From assembly GCA_944358545.1 (NCBI GenBank), contig CALVRJ010000004.1, forward strand, positions 1 to 54,520: a DNA stretch of 54,520 nt, in the 5' to 3' direction. The stretch is from an uncultured Bacilli bacterium (lineage in GTDB: Bacteria; Bacillota_I; Bacilli_A; RF39; UBA660). Both the position numbers and the translations under genes were made by a program. Shown one piece after another: positions 29,920 to 38,295 of the stretch (position 1 is the stretch's first letter; the number at the start of each line of letters is the position of its first letter). The notes beneath the pieces are model-generated. The model saw only the letters and a list, made by a program, of their open reading frames with translations. It ran no database searches and was not told the origin of the DNA.

Positions 29920-30960
29920 ATGGTAAAACCAAAAAAGTTACAAAAAGGCGATACTGTTGCGATTGTGAGTCTTTCAAGCGGAATGGCAGGTGATGATTTA
30001 TTTAGGCATAGATATGAACAGGGCAAAAGAAGACTTGAAGAAGTGTTTGGTTTAAAGGCTATTACTATGCCAAATGCTTTAAGAGGAAGTGATTATCTTG
30101 CAAAACATCCAGAGGCCCGGGCTGAAGATTTTATGAATGCTATAAAAGATAAAAACATAAAAGGAATTATATGCAATATAGGTGGGGCTGATACGGTTAG
30201 ATTACTACCTTACATTGATTATGACCTTATAAAAGAAAATCCAAAAGTTTTTATGGGGTATTCTGATACAACGGTTAATCATTTTATGATGTATAAAGCG
30301 GGAGTTACTTCGTATTATGGTCCAGCGGTGATGGGTGAGTTTGCCGAAAATTATGAAATGCATGATTATACGAAAAAGTATGTTAAAGAAGTGTTATTTC
30401 AAAATAAAGAAAATATTAAAATTATTTCTAGTCCAGAGTGGACAAGTGAATATTTAGATTGGGCAAATGCTGAATATGATAACGTAAAAAGAAAAATGAA
30501 TAAGGAAAAACACGGATATGAAATTTTACAAGGTAAAGGTATTTTTGAAGGTGAATTATTAGGTGGATGTTTTGATGTTTTTCCAATGTTTATTGGAACA
30601 GATATATGGCCAAAGAAAGATGAATGGAAAGGTAAGATATTATTTTTAGAAACTAGTGAAGATGAACCAGAACCTGACTATATTGAATATTATTTGTGTA
30701 ATTTAATTGCTCAAGGAATAATTGATGAGATTAATGGAATTATTGTAGGTAAACCTCAAAATGAAAAATATTATGAAGAATATAAAGAGGTATATAAAAG
30801 ACTTATTTCTGAAGAAGCAAATAGGCCTGATTTACCAATTTTATACAATGTTAATATTGGTCACACTGCACCTATGTGTATATTTCCTATGGGACAAAAA
30901 GTGAGAGTTGATTTAGAAAAAAAAGAAATTGTTTTTCTAGAAAAGCCAATGAGTGACTAA
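29920..30960 (+). CDS. S66 family LD-carboxypeptidase / MccF-like peptidase
   Basis: GYSDTT, FLETSE, IGHTAP catalytic triad motifs. Confidence 0.92.
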   Translation: MVKPKKLQKGDTVAIVSLSSGMAGDDLFRHRYEQGKRRLEEVFGLKAITMPNALRGSDYLAKHPEARAEDFMNAIKDKNIKGIICNIGGADTVRLLPYIDYDLIKENPKVFMGYSDTTVNHFMMYKAGVTSYYGPAVMGEFAENYEMHDYTKKYVKEVLFQNKENIKIISSPEWTSEYLDWANAEYDNVKRKMNKEKHGYEILQGKGIFEGELLGGCFDVFPMFIGTDIWPKKDEWKGKILFLETSEDEPEPDYIEYYLCNLIAQGIIDEINGIIVGKPQNEKYYEEYKEVYKRLISEEANRPDLPILYNVNIGHTAPMCIFPMGQKVRVDLEKKEIVFLEKPMSD

Positions 30961-31046
30961 TTATTGAATTTAAAATAAATGATTTGCTAAAAAAAACTTG
31001 TTACAATATGATATGAACCGTTTTTTGTTTATAAAGAAAAATTCTA

Positions 31047-31075
31047 TTGTAGAACTAGGAAGAATGTGTTACAAT
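31047..31075 (+). promoter_or_regulatory. sigmaA promoter for the putative antitoxin RNA
   Basis: TTGTAG-17-TACAAT with TG extension; no ORF downstream before a terminator. Confidence 0.65.
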
Positions 31076-31081
31076 GTATAT

Positions 31082-31198
31082 AGATGAAGGAAACTTCATA
31101 TAATAAAAAGGGAGTACTTAAGCATTGCCTAAAGTACTTGCTCAAAAAGTTTTTTTGTTTAAGTACTTAATCTATAAAAGATTGAGTACTATTTTTTT
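31082..31198 (+). ncRNA. Putative type I antitoxin sRNA (~115 nt)
   Basis: Bounded by a promoter and the terminator AGTACTTAATCT/AGATTGAGTACT + T7; convergent with and overlapping the 3' end of a small hydrophobic ORF. Confidence 0.65.
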
Positions 31199-31278
31199 AT
31201 ACATAGAATCATTAATGAAACTATTAATAAAATGATGATTATTACTTGAAAAGTAATTAAAAAATCCTTTTTGTTCAT
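31189..31278 (-). CDS. Small hydrophobic peptide, putative type I toxin (29 aa)
   Basis: MNKKDFLITFQVIIIILLIVSLMILCIKK*, with AGAAGGAGG RBS at 31290-31298; below the ORF-track length cutoff. Confidence 0.8.
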   Translation of the reverse strand: MNKKDFLITFQVIIIILLIVSLMILCIKK

Positions 31279-31347
31279 AAAACATCAAGCCTCCTTCTAT
31301 TTGAAGTTGGCAAGTACTCAAGACAGTTAAAGTATTCCCTAAAGAAA

Positions 31348-31376
31348 ATTATACCAAACATTTGTTTTGTGTGCAA
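31348..31376 (-). promoter_or_regulatory. sigmaA promoter of the small peptide gene
   Basis: TTGCAC-17-TATAAT with TG extension on the minus strand. Confidence 0.78.
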
Positions 31377-31474
31377 GCACTTTGGACTTTGAAACCAACA
31401 TGTTTTAAAGTATAAATTTATAGCAGTGTCATATAGGTAAGAAAAAAATATTTTAAATTTTTCATTTTTTTATA

Positions 31475-31504
31475 TTGACAAGTGTATGAAAATACGCTTA
31501 TAAT
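31475..31504 (+). promoter_or_regulatory. Promoter with palindromic operator upstream of the NrtR-like gene
   Basis: TTGACA-18-TATAAT; the spacer contains the AAGTGTAT-GAAA-ATACGCTT inverted repeat. Confidence 0.7.
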
Positions 31505-31519
31505 GTAGACGGTGGTTAT

Positions 31520-32194
31520 ATGGAAGTTAATAATCCAAAATATAGGAATCAAGGTATTCACGTTGTATGTAGTATTTTTACTGTTGACAAAGGAGTGACA
31601 AAAGTTTTACTTATTAGAAGAAAGAATGAACCTTTTAAAGGAATGTGGGCTTTAGTTGGCGGGGCTTTATACAATGATGAAGAGTTAATCGATGGCTTAA
31701 AGAGAGAACTTAAAGAAAAGACTGGAATCGAAAATATTCATTTGGAAATGGCAAATGTTTATAGCAGGATTGATAGATCACCAGTTATGAGAATGGTTGC
31801 CATTTCTTATATTGGAATAGTTGATAAGAATAAGCTTTCAATTTTAAAAGAGACTTTAAAGACTGTTGATTGTGATTGGTTTCCTTTAGATAGAATTCCG
31901 AAACTTGCTTATGATCACAATGAAATATTAGAGGATGCGGCAAAGTTACTAAAAGAGAGAATAAAAAAGACAGATATGCTTAGGTATTTATATCCATCTG
32001 GATTTACAATGCCGGAGATTCAAAAGGTTTATGAAAGTATTTTAGGTGTTAGCTTTGATAGAAGAAATTTTAGAAAAAAATTACTTAGTTTAGGTTTTAT
32101 AAAAGAGACTAATAAAACAGAAAGGTTTGAGGGAAAGAAACCCGCTAAGATATATGAGTTTAAAAAACAAAATGAGATAAAAAGTATTTTTTAA
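31520..32194 (+). CDS. NrtR-family regulator (Nudix + wHTH)
   Basis: PFKGMWALVGG...RELKEKTG, LAYDHNEI, FTMPEIQKVYESILG..FDRRNFRKK, GKKPAKIY. Confidence 0.9.
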   Translation: MEVNNPKYRNQGIHVVCSIFTVDKGVTKVLLIRRKNEPFKGMWALVGGALYNDEELIDGLKRELKEKTGIENIHLEMANVYSRIDRSPVMRMVAISYIGIVDKNKLSILKETLKTVDCDWFPLDRIPKLAYDHNEILEDAAKLLKERIKKTDMLRYLYPSGFTMPEIQKVYESILGVSFDRRNFRKKLLSLGFIKETNKTERFEGKKPAKIYEFKKQNEIKSIF

Positions 32195-32249
32195 CTTTTT
32201 TATTCCAGTGTGAAGTGTAACTTTGTACATATGTATTAAGGAGGATAAA

Positions 32250-32768
32250 ATGTTTGTAGTGATTAGACGAAATGATTATAGTAAGGAAATTGTAAGAAAA
32301 AGATTGCGTTATGGTGGATTTGAAGATGAGTTTAAATTTTATGACGATATATATCTGAGGGGATGGGATTACGATATTTATGAAATTGATAAGACATTAG
32401 TAGTGATTAGTTATGATAAAGATTTATTTTATCTAAAATTTGGTGATGCTTCTCGTAGGATTATTAAAGAAATTCTTTCAAAAGATAGTGAACTTGGTTT
32501 TTTAAAACTTAGTAAATATATGAATTTTTCGGCGGCCATTTTAAAAGATAATTTACTTTGGGGATGTTCATACGGACCTGCCAGAACTGCTTTTTGGCCA
32601 AATCTTTGTTATTGTAATTTAGGTGGTAAGGCGGAGATGTATGCCGATAATGGTGCGGAGATATTATTTTCGGAATTTTTAAGTAAAGATGATAAACTCG
32701 TTTATTTATATAATAAAGAGGGTTTGAATATATATGAAGAGGGTAAACTTAAAGTTTTGAAGAAATAA
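32250..32768 (+). CDS. Hypothetical protein
   Basis: AAGGAGG RBS before ATG 32250; ends EEGKLKVLKK. Confidence 0.7.
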   Translation: MFVVIRRNDYSKEIVRKRLRYGGFEDEFKFYDDIYLRGWDYDIYEIDKTLVVISYDKDLFYLKFGDASRRIIKEILSKDSELGFLKLSKYMNFSAAILKDNLLWGCSYGPARTAFWPNLCYCNLGGKAEMYADNGAEILFSEFLSKDDKLVYLYNKEGLNIYEEGKLKVLKK

Positions 32769-32787
32769 TTGGAAAGGAAAATGATAT

Positions 32788-33783
32788 ATGTTAAAATTTA
32801 GATTGTTAACAGAAAATGAAATGAAAGAAATGTCAAAGTATGGGTTTGGAAAGATACCAAAGGTTACTGATTTTGCTATTTTATCTGGTATTTCAGGCAA
32901 TTATTTGACAAAAGAAGAATATTATGATTTGGATAGAAGAAGAGAGAAAGATAGGTATCGTTGGCTACTTTCTTCTGATATTTGTGTTTATCATAGCTAT
33001 GTTAATGATAAAGGTGAAGTTTTGGACTGGGGCCTTAGTCATTCTTTTCCAGCAGCGGTTGATAGAAAGGGCAATATTACTTATGCTATATGTAATGAAC
33101 CTGGTTACGGAATACGTCCGGTTACTGTTTTGAATGAGGATATTGCGATAGGTGCTAATATTATTGACGAAAATATTATGGAAAATGAGAAATTTTTGGT
33201 TTTACAATATGGAGAATATATTAGAGATGTAGTAGATGAAGATTTAAACTATTATTTAGATAAGGAGTTAGAGGAAGGAAATATTTTTAAAACTTCTAAA
33301 GAATATTATCCATATTGGCGTTATTATGATGTAAAGGAATCCTACTGTCGTCATATGCCAATTTTTAGAAAAAGCACAAATGAAAATTTTCAAGAGTATT
33401 TATTTAATGGAAAAAAATTTGTAGTTGTTAGAACAAATAAGAACAGTTTGAATATCGGTAATAAATTACATGATGATAGAAGAATAGAACCTGATAAATC
33501 TTATTGGTTAATGGTTGAGCCTATTCAATGGACACTTTATATGGATAATAATTTGATGGTTGCTGATGAGGTTTTGCTTTGTGGTGAAGATAGTAGACAT
33601 TGCCTTGTTCATTCTCCATATAGGCCTAGATATAATTTTGATAATACCGATAATATGAAGATGGATAATTATTTAAATAAAGTGTTTGCAAAAGATATTA
33701 TTCCTAGTAATTCTTTATATAAAAAAGAATTTCCTAGGGATAGAGATAGTTATAAAAAATTAGTTAAGCTTTTAAATAATTAG
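32788..33783 (+). CDS. Hypothetical protein, DUF6273-like
   Basis: TDFAILSG, WLLS, AVD..G.....GIRPV, YGEY, NGKKFV.V, VEPIQW. Confidence 0.6.
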   Translation: MLKFRLLTENEMKEMSKYGFGKIPKVTDFAILSGISGNYLTKEEYYDLDRRREKDRYRWLLSSDICVYHSYVNDKGEVLDWGLSHSFPAAVDRKGNITYAICNEPGYGIRPVTVLNEDIAIGANIIDENIMENEKFLVLQYGEYIRDVVDEDLNYYLDKELEEGNIFKTSKEYYPYWRYYDVKESYCRHMPIFRKSTNENFQEYLFNGKKFVVVRTNKNSLNIGNKLHDDRRIEPDKSYWLMVEPIQWTLYMDNNLMVADEVLLCGEDSRHCLVHSPYRPRYNFDNTDNMKMDNYLNKVFAKDIIPSNSLYKKEFPRDRDSYKKLVKLLNN

Positions 33784-33886
33784 ATATAAAAATTTTAAAA
33801 AAAATATGAAGATGGATTTTTAGAAGATTCATCTTTTTATAATGCTTTAATAGAACAAAAAATAATTTTCTTTTTTTAATTTTATA

Positions 33887-33939
33887 TTGACACGGTGTCA
33901 GAAGAGATATATAATGAGAATGTAATTGACATAATGTCA
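33887..33939 (+). promoter_or_regulatory. Consensus promoter with two TetR-type operators
   Basis: TTGACA(33887)-17-TATAAT(33910); TGACA-N3-TGTCA at 33888-33900 and 33927-33939. Confidence 0.85.
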
Positions 33940-33951
33940 GGAGATGATTAA

Positions 33952-34554
33952 ATGCACAATGACTTAAGAAAAAATGAAATAGTAAATGCTTGTATGAAAT
34001 TATATGACAAGTATCAGTTTAAAGATATTACGATGAAATTAATCAGTGAGGAAACATCTTTTTCAAGGCCTTCAATTTACAATTATTTTGAAACAAAGGA
34101 AGAGATATTTTTAGCTTTATTTGCCAAGGAATATGATGAATGGAGTGATGAGGTTAAAAGTATTTATGATGAAAATGATGCTCTTTCAAAAGATGAATTT
34201 GCGAGAAAGCTTGCTTATTCAATGAAAGATAGAGAAAGGCTTTTAAAATTACTTTCCATGAATATGTATGATTTAGAAGAAAATAGTAGAATGGAAAGGC
34301 TTATTGAGTTTAAAAAATCATATAAGGAAGCTGTTCATTCAGTGAAGATGTGTTTAGAAAAGTTTTTCCCAGAAATGAGTGAGGAGAATATTACTGAATT
34401 TTTATATTCGTTTTTCCCATTTATGTTTGGCATATATCCTTATACAGTAGTTACAGATAAGCAAAGAGCGGCAATGGAAAAGGCAGAAGTTAATTATAAA
34501 TATTATTCTATTTATGATATGGCTTATATGGGAATTAGAAAGTTACTCGGGTGA
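33952..34554 (+). CDS. TetR/AcrR family regulator
   Basis: ITMKLISEETSFSRPSIYNYFETKEEIFL helix-turn-helix. Confidence 0.95.
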   Translation: MHNDLRKNEIVNACMKLYDKYQFKDITMKLISEETSFSRPSIYNYFETKEEIFLALFAKEYDEWSDEVKSIYDENDALSKDEFARKLAYSMKDRERLLKLLSMNMYDLEENSRMERLIEFKKSYKEAVHSVKMCLEKFFPEMSEENITEFLYSFFPFMFGIYPYTVVTDKQRAAMEKAEVNYKYYSIYDMAYMGIRKLLG

Positions 34555-34557
34555 TTT

Positions 34558-35004
34558 ATGAAAAAGATAATATTTATAGTTTTAGGAATAATTTTATTAA
34601 TATTTTTAATTTTTGTTTATGCTAGTTTTAAAAATAATAAAGAAGAAGTGGAGGACGAGATGATAATAAGAGTTAGTTCAGGCGATAATGTTATTACATT
34701 TGAACTCAATGATAGCAAGGCGGCTAAAGATTTGTACAGTCAGTTACCACTTGATTTAGAAGTTTCTGACTTTAGTACAAATGAAAAAGTTTTTTATCCA
34801 GAAAAGTTAGATGCTTCAGATGCCCCATTTGCAAAAGGTGGTAAAGGAGTACTTGCTTATTATGAACCTTGGGGTGATGTTGTAATGTTTTATGATGATT
34901 TTAGTTCAAATAATGATTTGTATGAACTCGGAAAAGTAATTGATGGCGTGGATATGATTGAAAATTTAAGTGGTAATATTGTAATAGAAAAGGTAGAAGG
35001 GTAG
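34558..35004 (+). CDS. Cyclophilin-like fold protein
   Basis: LNDSKAAKDLYSQLPL, NEK, LAYYEPWGDVVMFY. Confidence 0.85.
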   Translation: MKKIIFIVLGIILLIFLIFVYASFKNNKEEVEDEMIIRVSSGDNVITFELNDSKAAKDLYSQLPLDLEVSDFSTNEKVFYPEKLDASDAPFAKGGKGVLAYYEPWGDVVMFYDDFSSNNDLYELGKVIDGVDMIENLSGNIVIEKVEG

Positions 35005-35012
35005 GAGATATT

Positions 35013-35783
35013 ATGATTACAAAGAAAGCTTTAGAAAATCACGATTCAATTTTTGAAGGGGTTAAATATGCCCCAGCTGGAGAGACTAGACCGATGGGGG
35101 AGACTAATCCAGAGTATGTCGAGACGTTTTTGAATTTTGCGTTTGATGAAGTTTATGACCATGGAAGTTATGAAAAGAAACTTAGATGGATGGTTATTTT
35201 GGCAAGTATGATTGCCCAAAATACAAGAGATAGGTATAAGGTATTTTTAGCTGCTGGACTTAATATTGGAATTACACCTGAGGAAGTTATGGAAATAGTT
35301 TATCAAGCTGTTCCTTACTGCGGAATTGCAAGAGTATTTGATATTATTTACGATACTAATGCAGTTTTAGAAGCTAATGGAGTGAAACTTCCAGTAAAAG
35401 GTGGGATAAGAGTAAGTCATGAAGATAGATTTAAAGAAGGTTTAAAGGTTCAAAAATCTATTTTTGGTGATGAGAATATTGAAAATATGCGAAAAACAGC
35501 GCCGGAAGATGAGAAACATATTCAAGATTATTTAAGTGCGAACTGTTTTGGCGATTATTATACGAGAAGTTATTTAGATGTTCGAACAAGAGAAGTTTTA
35601 ACTTTGGCAATGCTTATTTCTCTTGGAGGATGTGAGCCACAGGTTAAAAGTCATATTCAAGGTAATTTAAATGTTGGAAATACAAGAGAATTTTTAATCG
35701 AAACGGTTACACAACTTTTACCATATATCGGTTATCCAAGAGCGCTTAATGCCCTTAGATGTATAGATGAGGTTACAAAGTGA
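35013..35783 (+). CDS. Carboxymuconolactone decarboxylase family protein (two domains)
   Basis: QAVPYCG, NCFGDYYTR..LD..TRE, LPYIGYPR.LNAL. Confidence 0.92.
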   Translation: MITKKALENHDSIFEGVKYAPAGETRPMGETNPEYVETFLNFAFDEVYDHGSYEKKLRWMVILASMIAQNTRDRYKVFLAAGLNIGITPEEVMEIVYQAVPYCGIARVFDIIYDTNAVLEANGVKLPVKGGIRVSHEDRFKEGLKVQKSIFGDENIENMRKTAPEDEKHIQDYLSANCFGDYYTRSYLDVRTREVLTLAMLISLGGCEPQVKSHIQGNLNVGNTREFLIETVTQLLPYIGYPRALNALRCIDEVTK

Positions 35784-36316
35784 GAATTTTAGTTTTAACA
35801 GGAAGTCCACATAGAAGAGGTACATCTAATACTTTAGCGGATGAGTTTATAAAAGGAGTACAAGCATCTGGACATGAGGTTATCCGGTTTGATACTCCTT
35901 TTTTGAATATTCATCCTTGCATCGGATGTGACCGGTGCGGAATGAATGGTCCCTGCGTGTTTAACGACGATATGCCAAAGATATTAGATACGATTTTAGA
36001 TTCTGATATGATAGTTTTTGCAACACCAATTTATTATTTTGGCTTTTCATCACAGATTAAAGCGGCAATCGACAGGTTTTATTCGAGAAATGGAAGGATA
36101 CAAAGTAAGCATTTAAAGTCGGCTTTTATTGTCACGGCGTGGAATAATGATAATCAGGTTATGCGGTCAATAGATAAACATATAGATATTTTAATAGATT
36201 ATTTGAATTTAGATAATTTAGGAAAAATTTTAGCCAAAGGTTATGGTTATGTCGGAGCTAGATTAGAAGATGAATATAAAAAGGAAGCTTATGAACTTGG
36301 AAGGAGTGTGAGGTAG
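35780..36316 (+). CDS. Flavodoxin / NADPH-dependent FMN reductase family (iron-sulfur flavoprotein type)
   Basis: GSPH..GTS, CIGCDRC.....C, ATPIYY. Confidence 0.92.
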   Translation: MRILVLTGSPHRRGTSNTLADEFIKGVQASGHEVIRFDTPFLNIHPCIGCDRCGMNGPCVFNDDMPKILDTILDSDMIVFATPIYYFGFSSQIKAAIDRFYSRNGRIQSKHLKSAFIVTAWNNDNQVMRSIDKHIDILIDYLNLDNLGKILAKGYGYVGARLEDEYKKEAYELGRSVR

Positions 36317-36320
36317 TTTT

Positions 36321-37231
36321 ATGATAGATGCTTATGCACATGTGTTACTACCAGAGTTTTATAAAAAATGCTTGAGATTAAGCCTTATTTAAAAGAGGTT
36401 ATGCCTTTTATAAACAACGAGGTTTTAACTGATATAGAAAAGAGAAGAGAGCTTCTTCCGAAAGGAGTTTTACAAATTATTTCACATGTAAACGTGAATC
36501 CTGAGGATTATGTGGATGGAGATGAAGCTTATAAGCTGTGCTTTTCGGCAAATGAAGAACTGATAGATGTGATTAATAAAAATCCGGATATATTTTATGG
36601 CGGTGTGGCAATGGTTCCGATGAATAATATAGACGGAGCAGTTAAAATAATGGAAGAGCAGGTAAAGAATAGTGATAAATTATTTGGAATTCAGCTTTTT
36701 ACAAGAGCTTTAGGTAAAAGTATTGCGGCAGATGAATATAGGAAAGTATTTGAAGTTGCTTATAAAAATAATTTGACTATTTGGATTCATCCAATTTTTG
36801 ATGAGAGAAAACCCGATAATAATTTAGTTTTTAGCTGGGAATATGAGCTTTCACAGGCAATGATGGAAATTGTAAAGGCCGGAATTTTTAAAGATTTTCC
36901 TAATATAAAGATAATTATTCATCATGCAGGAGCGATGGTGCCGTTTTTCTCAGGCCGAATTAAATATATTTTAGGAGATGAGGCACTTGATGATTTTAAG
37001 AAGTTTTATGTCGATACGGCTATTCTTGGAAATCCAAAAGCTTTGGAACTCGCTTTAGATTTTTATGGGCTAGATCATATTCTTTTTGGAACTGACGCAC
37101 CTTTTGGTATTTTGCCAGCTGGCGGAACTAAAGAGATAAAAGAGGCGATAGAAAGGATGAATATAAACAAAGATGAGCGCGATAGTATTTTTTATAAGAA
37201 TATTGTAAATATGATAAACGAGACTAAATAG
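36321..37231 (+). pseudogene. Amidohydrolase family protein with frameshift near the N-terminus
   Basis: MIDAYAHVLLPEFYKK from ATG 36321 (GAGG RBS) is out of frame at A6 (36363-36368) with the body (WIHP, HHAGAMVPFF, FYVDTA, FGTDAPFG). Confidence 0.8.
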
Positions 37232-37312
37232 TTTCGTTTTTTATTTAAAATTTTTTAATTAAAATTTGTATATTTTTGGATTTTACTATATAATTATGGT
37301 GTGGTGATGGGG

Positions 37313-38230
37313 ATGAAAAAATGTGCACTTGTGTGTAATCCTAATAGTGGGCACAATAAAAAGAAGCCGATTATCGAAAAAATGATAGATGTATTAAAAG
37401 ATTATGATTATGAGACAGAAGTTTATTATACGAAGTATTCTGGTCATGCAAAGAAGATTATCATGAGTTTAAAGGACGATATTGATTTAGTTGTATCACT
37501 TGGCGGCGATGGAACTTTCAATGAGGTTGTAACAGGTAATTTTAAGAGACCAAAAAAGCTTCTTTTATCACATATTCCACTTGGAACGACTAATGATTTG
37601 GGGGCAATTTTTGGTCTTGGAAAAAATCCAATTACAAATTTAAAAATGATTTTAGAAGGTACAGTAAAAGGTATTGATATATGTATGATTAACGATCAAC
37701 CTTTTGTGTATGTCGCAGGTCTTGGAAAATTTACGGACGTGGCTTATAATACGCCAAGAAAACTTAAGAAGAATTTCGGTTATATGGCTTATATGTTTAA
37801 TGCTTTAAAGTCATTTAATCAGAAGACTCATTTATTTGAGATGAGTTACGAGATTGATGGAGAAGTTTATACTGGTCTTTATTCTTTTGCTCTTGTTTGT
37901 AATGCGAGAAGAATGGCGGGCATAAATGTTTTTCAAGATGTAAAAATGGATGATGGAAAATTTGAGGTTTTATTTTCAAATATTACGGCAAAGAAGGATA
38001 TTATAAAGAGTTTATATTATTTTAAGGCGAATGGAATTAAAAATGTTCCAGGATTTTATTTCTTTAGAACTGATAATTTAAAAATTAGACTAAAAGATTA
38101 TCCGAAAAACAATTGGTGTATAGATGGGGAGAAGCTAAGAGATAGAAGTTTAACTTTCGACATTAAGATTGTTAAGGGTCTTGAGATGCTTTTACCTAAT
38201 AAAGAGCTTAAGAATATATTTATATCATAA
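37313..38230 (+). CDS. Diacylglycerol/lipid kinase family (YegS-like)
   Basis: NPNSG, GGDGTFNEV, PLGTTND, IDGE. Confidence 0.93.
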   Translation: MKKCALVCNPNSGHNKKKPIIEKMIDVLKDYDYETEVYYTKYSGHAKKIIMSLKDDIDLVVSLGGDGTFNEVVTGNFKRPKKLLLSHIPLGTTNDLGAIFGLGKNPITNLKMILEGTVKGIDICMINDQPFVYVAGLGKFTDVAYNTPRKLKKNFGYMAYMFNALKSFNQKTHLFEMSYEIDGEVYTGLYSFALVCNARRMAGINVFQDVKMDDGKFEVLFSNITAKKDIIKSLYYFKANGIKNVPGFYFFRTDNLKIRLKDYPKNNWCIDGEKLRDRSLTFDIKIVKGLEMLLPNKELKNIFIS

Positions 38231-38295
38231 TTGCTTTTTGATTATATTTTTGGTATAATTGAAGAGCTTTTTAACGAAAAAGAAAGGAGACGGAA

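Noticed and set aside
26561-30960. HIT hydrolase and MccF-like peptidase as a microcin C resistance cluster
   Set aside because: They are on opposite strands and separated by the suf genes; both families are common and no mcc biosynthesis genes are present.
19276-31175. AAGTACTTAATCTAT shared by the hairpins near 19276 and 31161
   Set aside because: A short AT-rich match confined to terminator stems; no second peptide ORF or promoter pair was seen at 19.3 kb.
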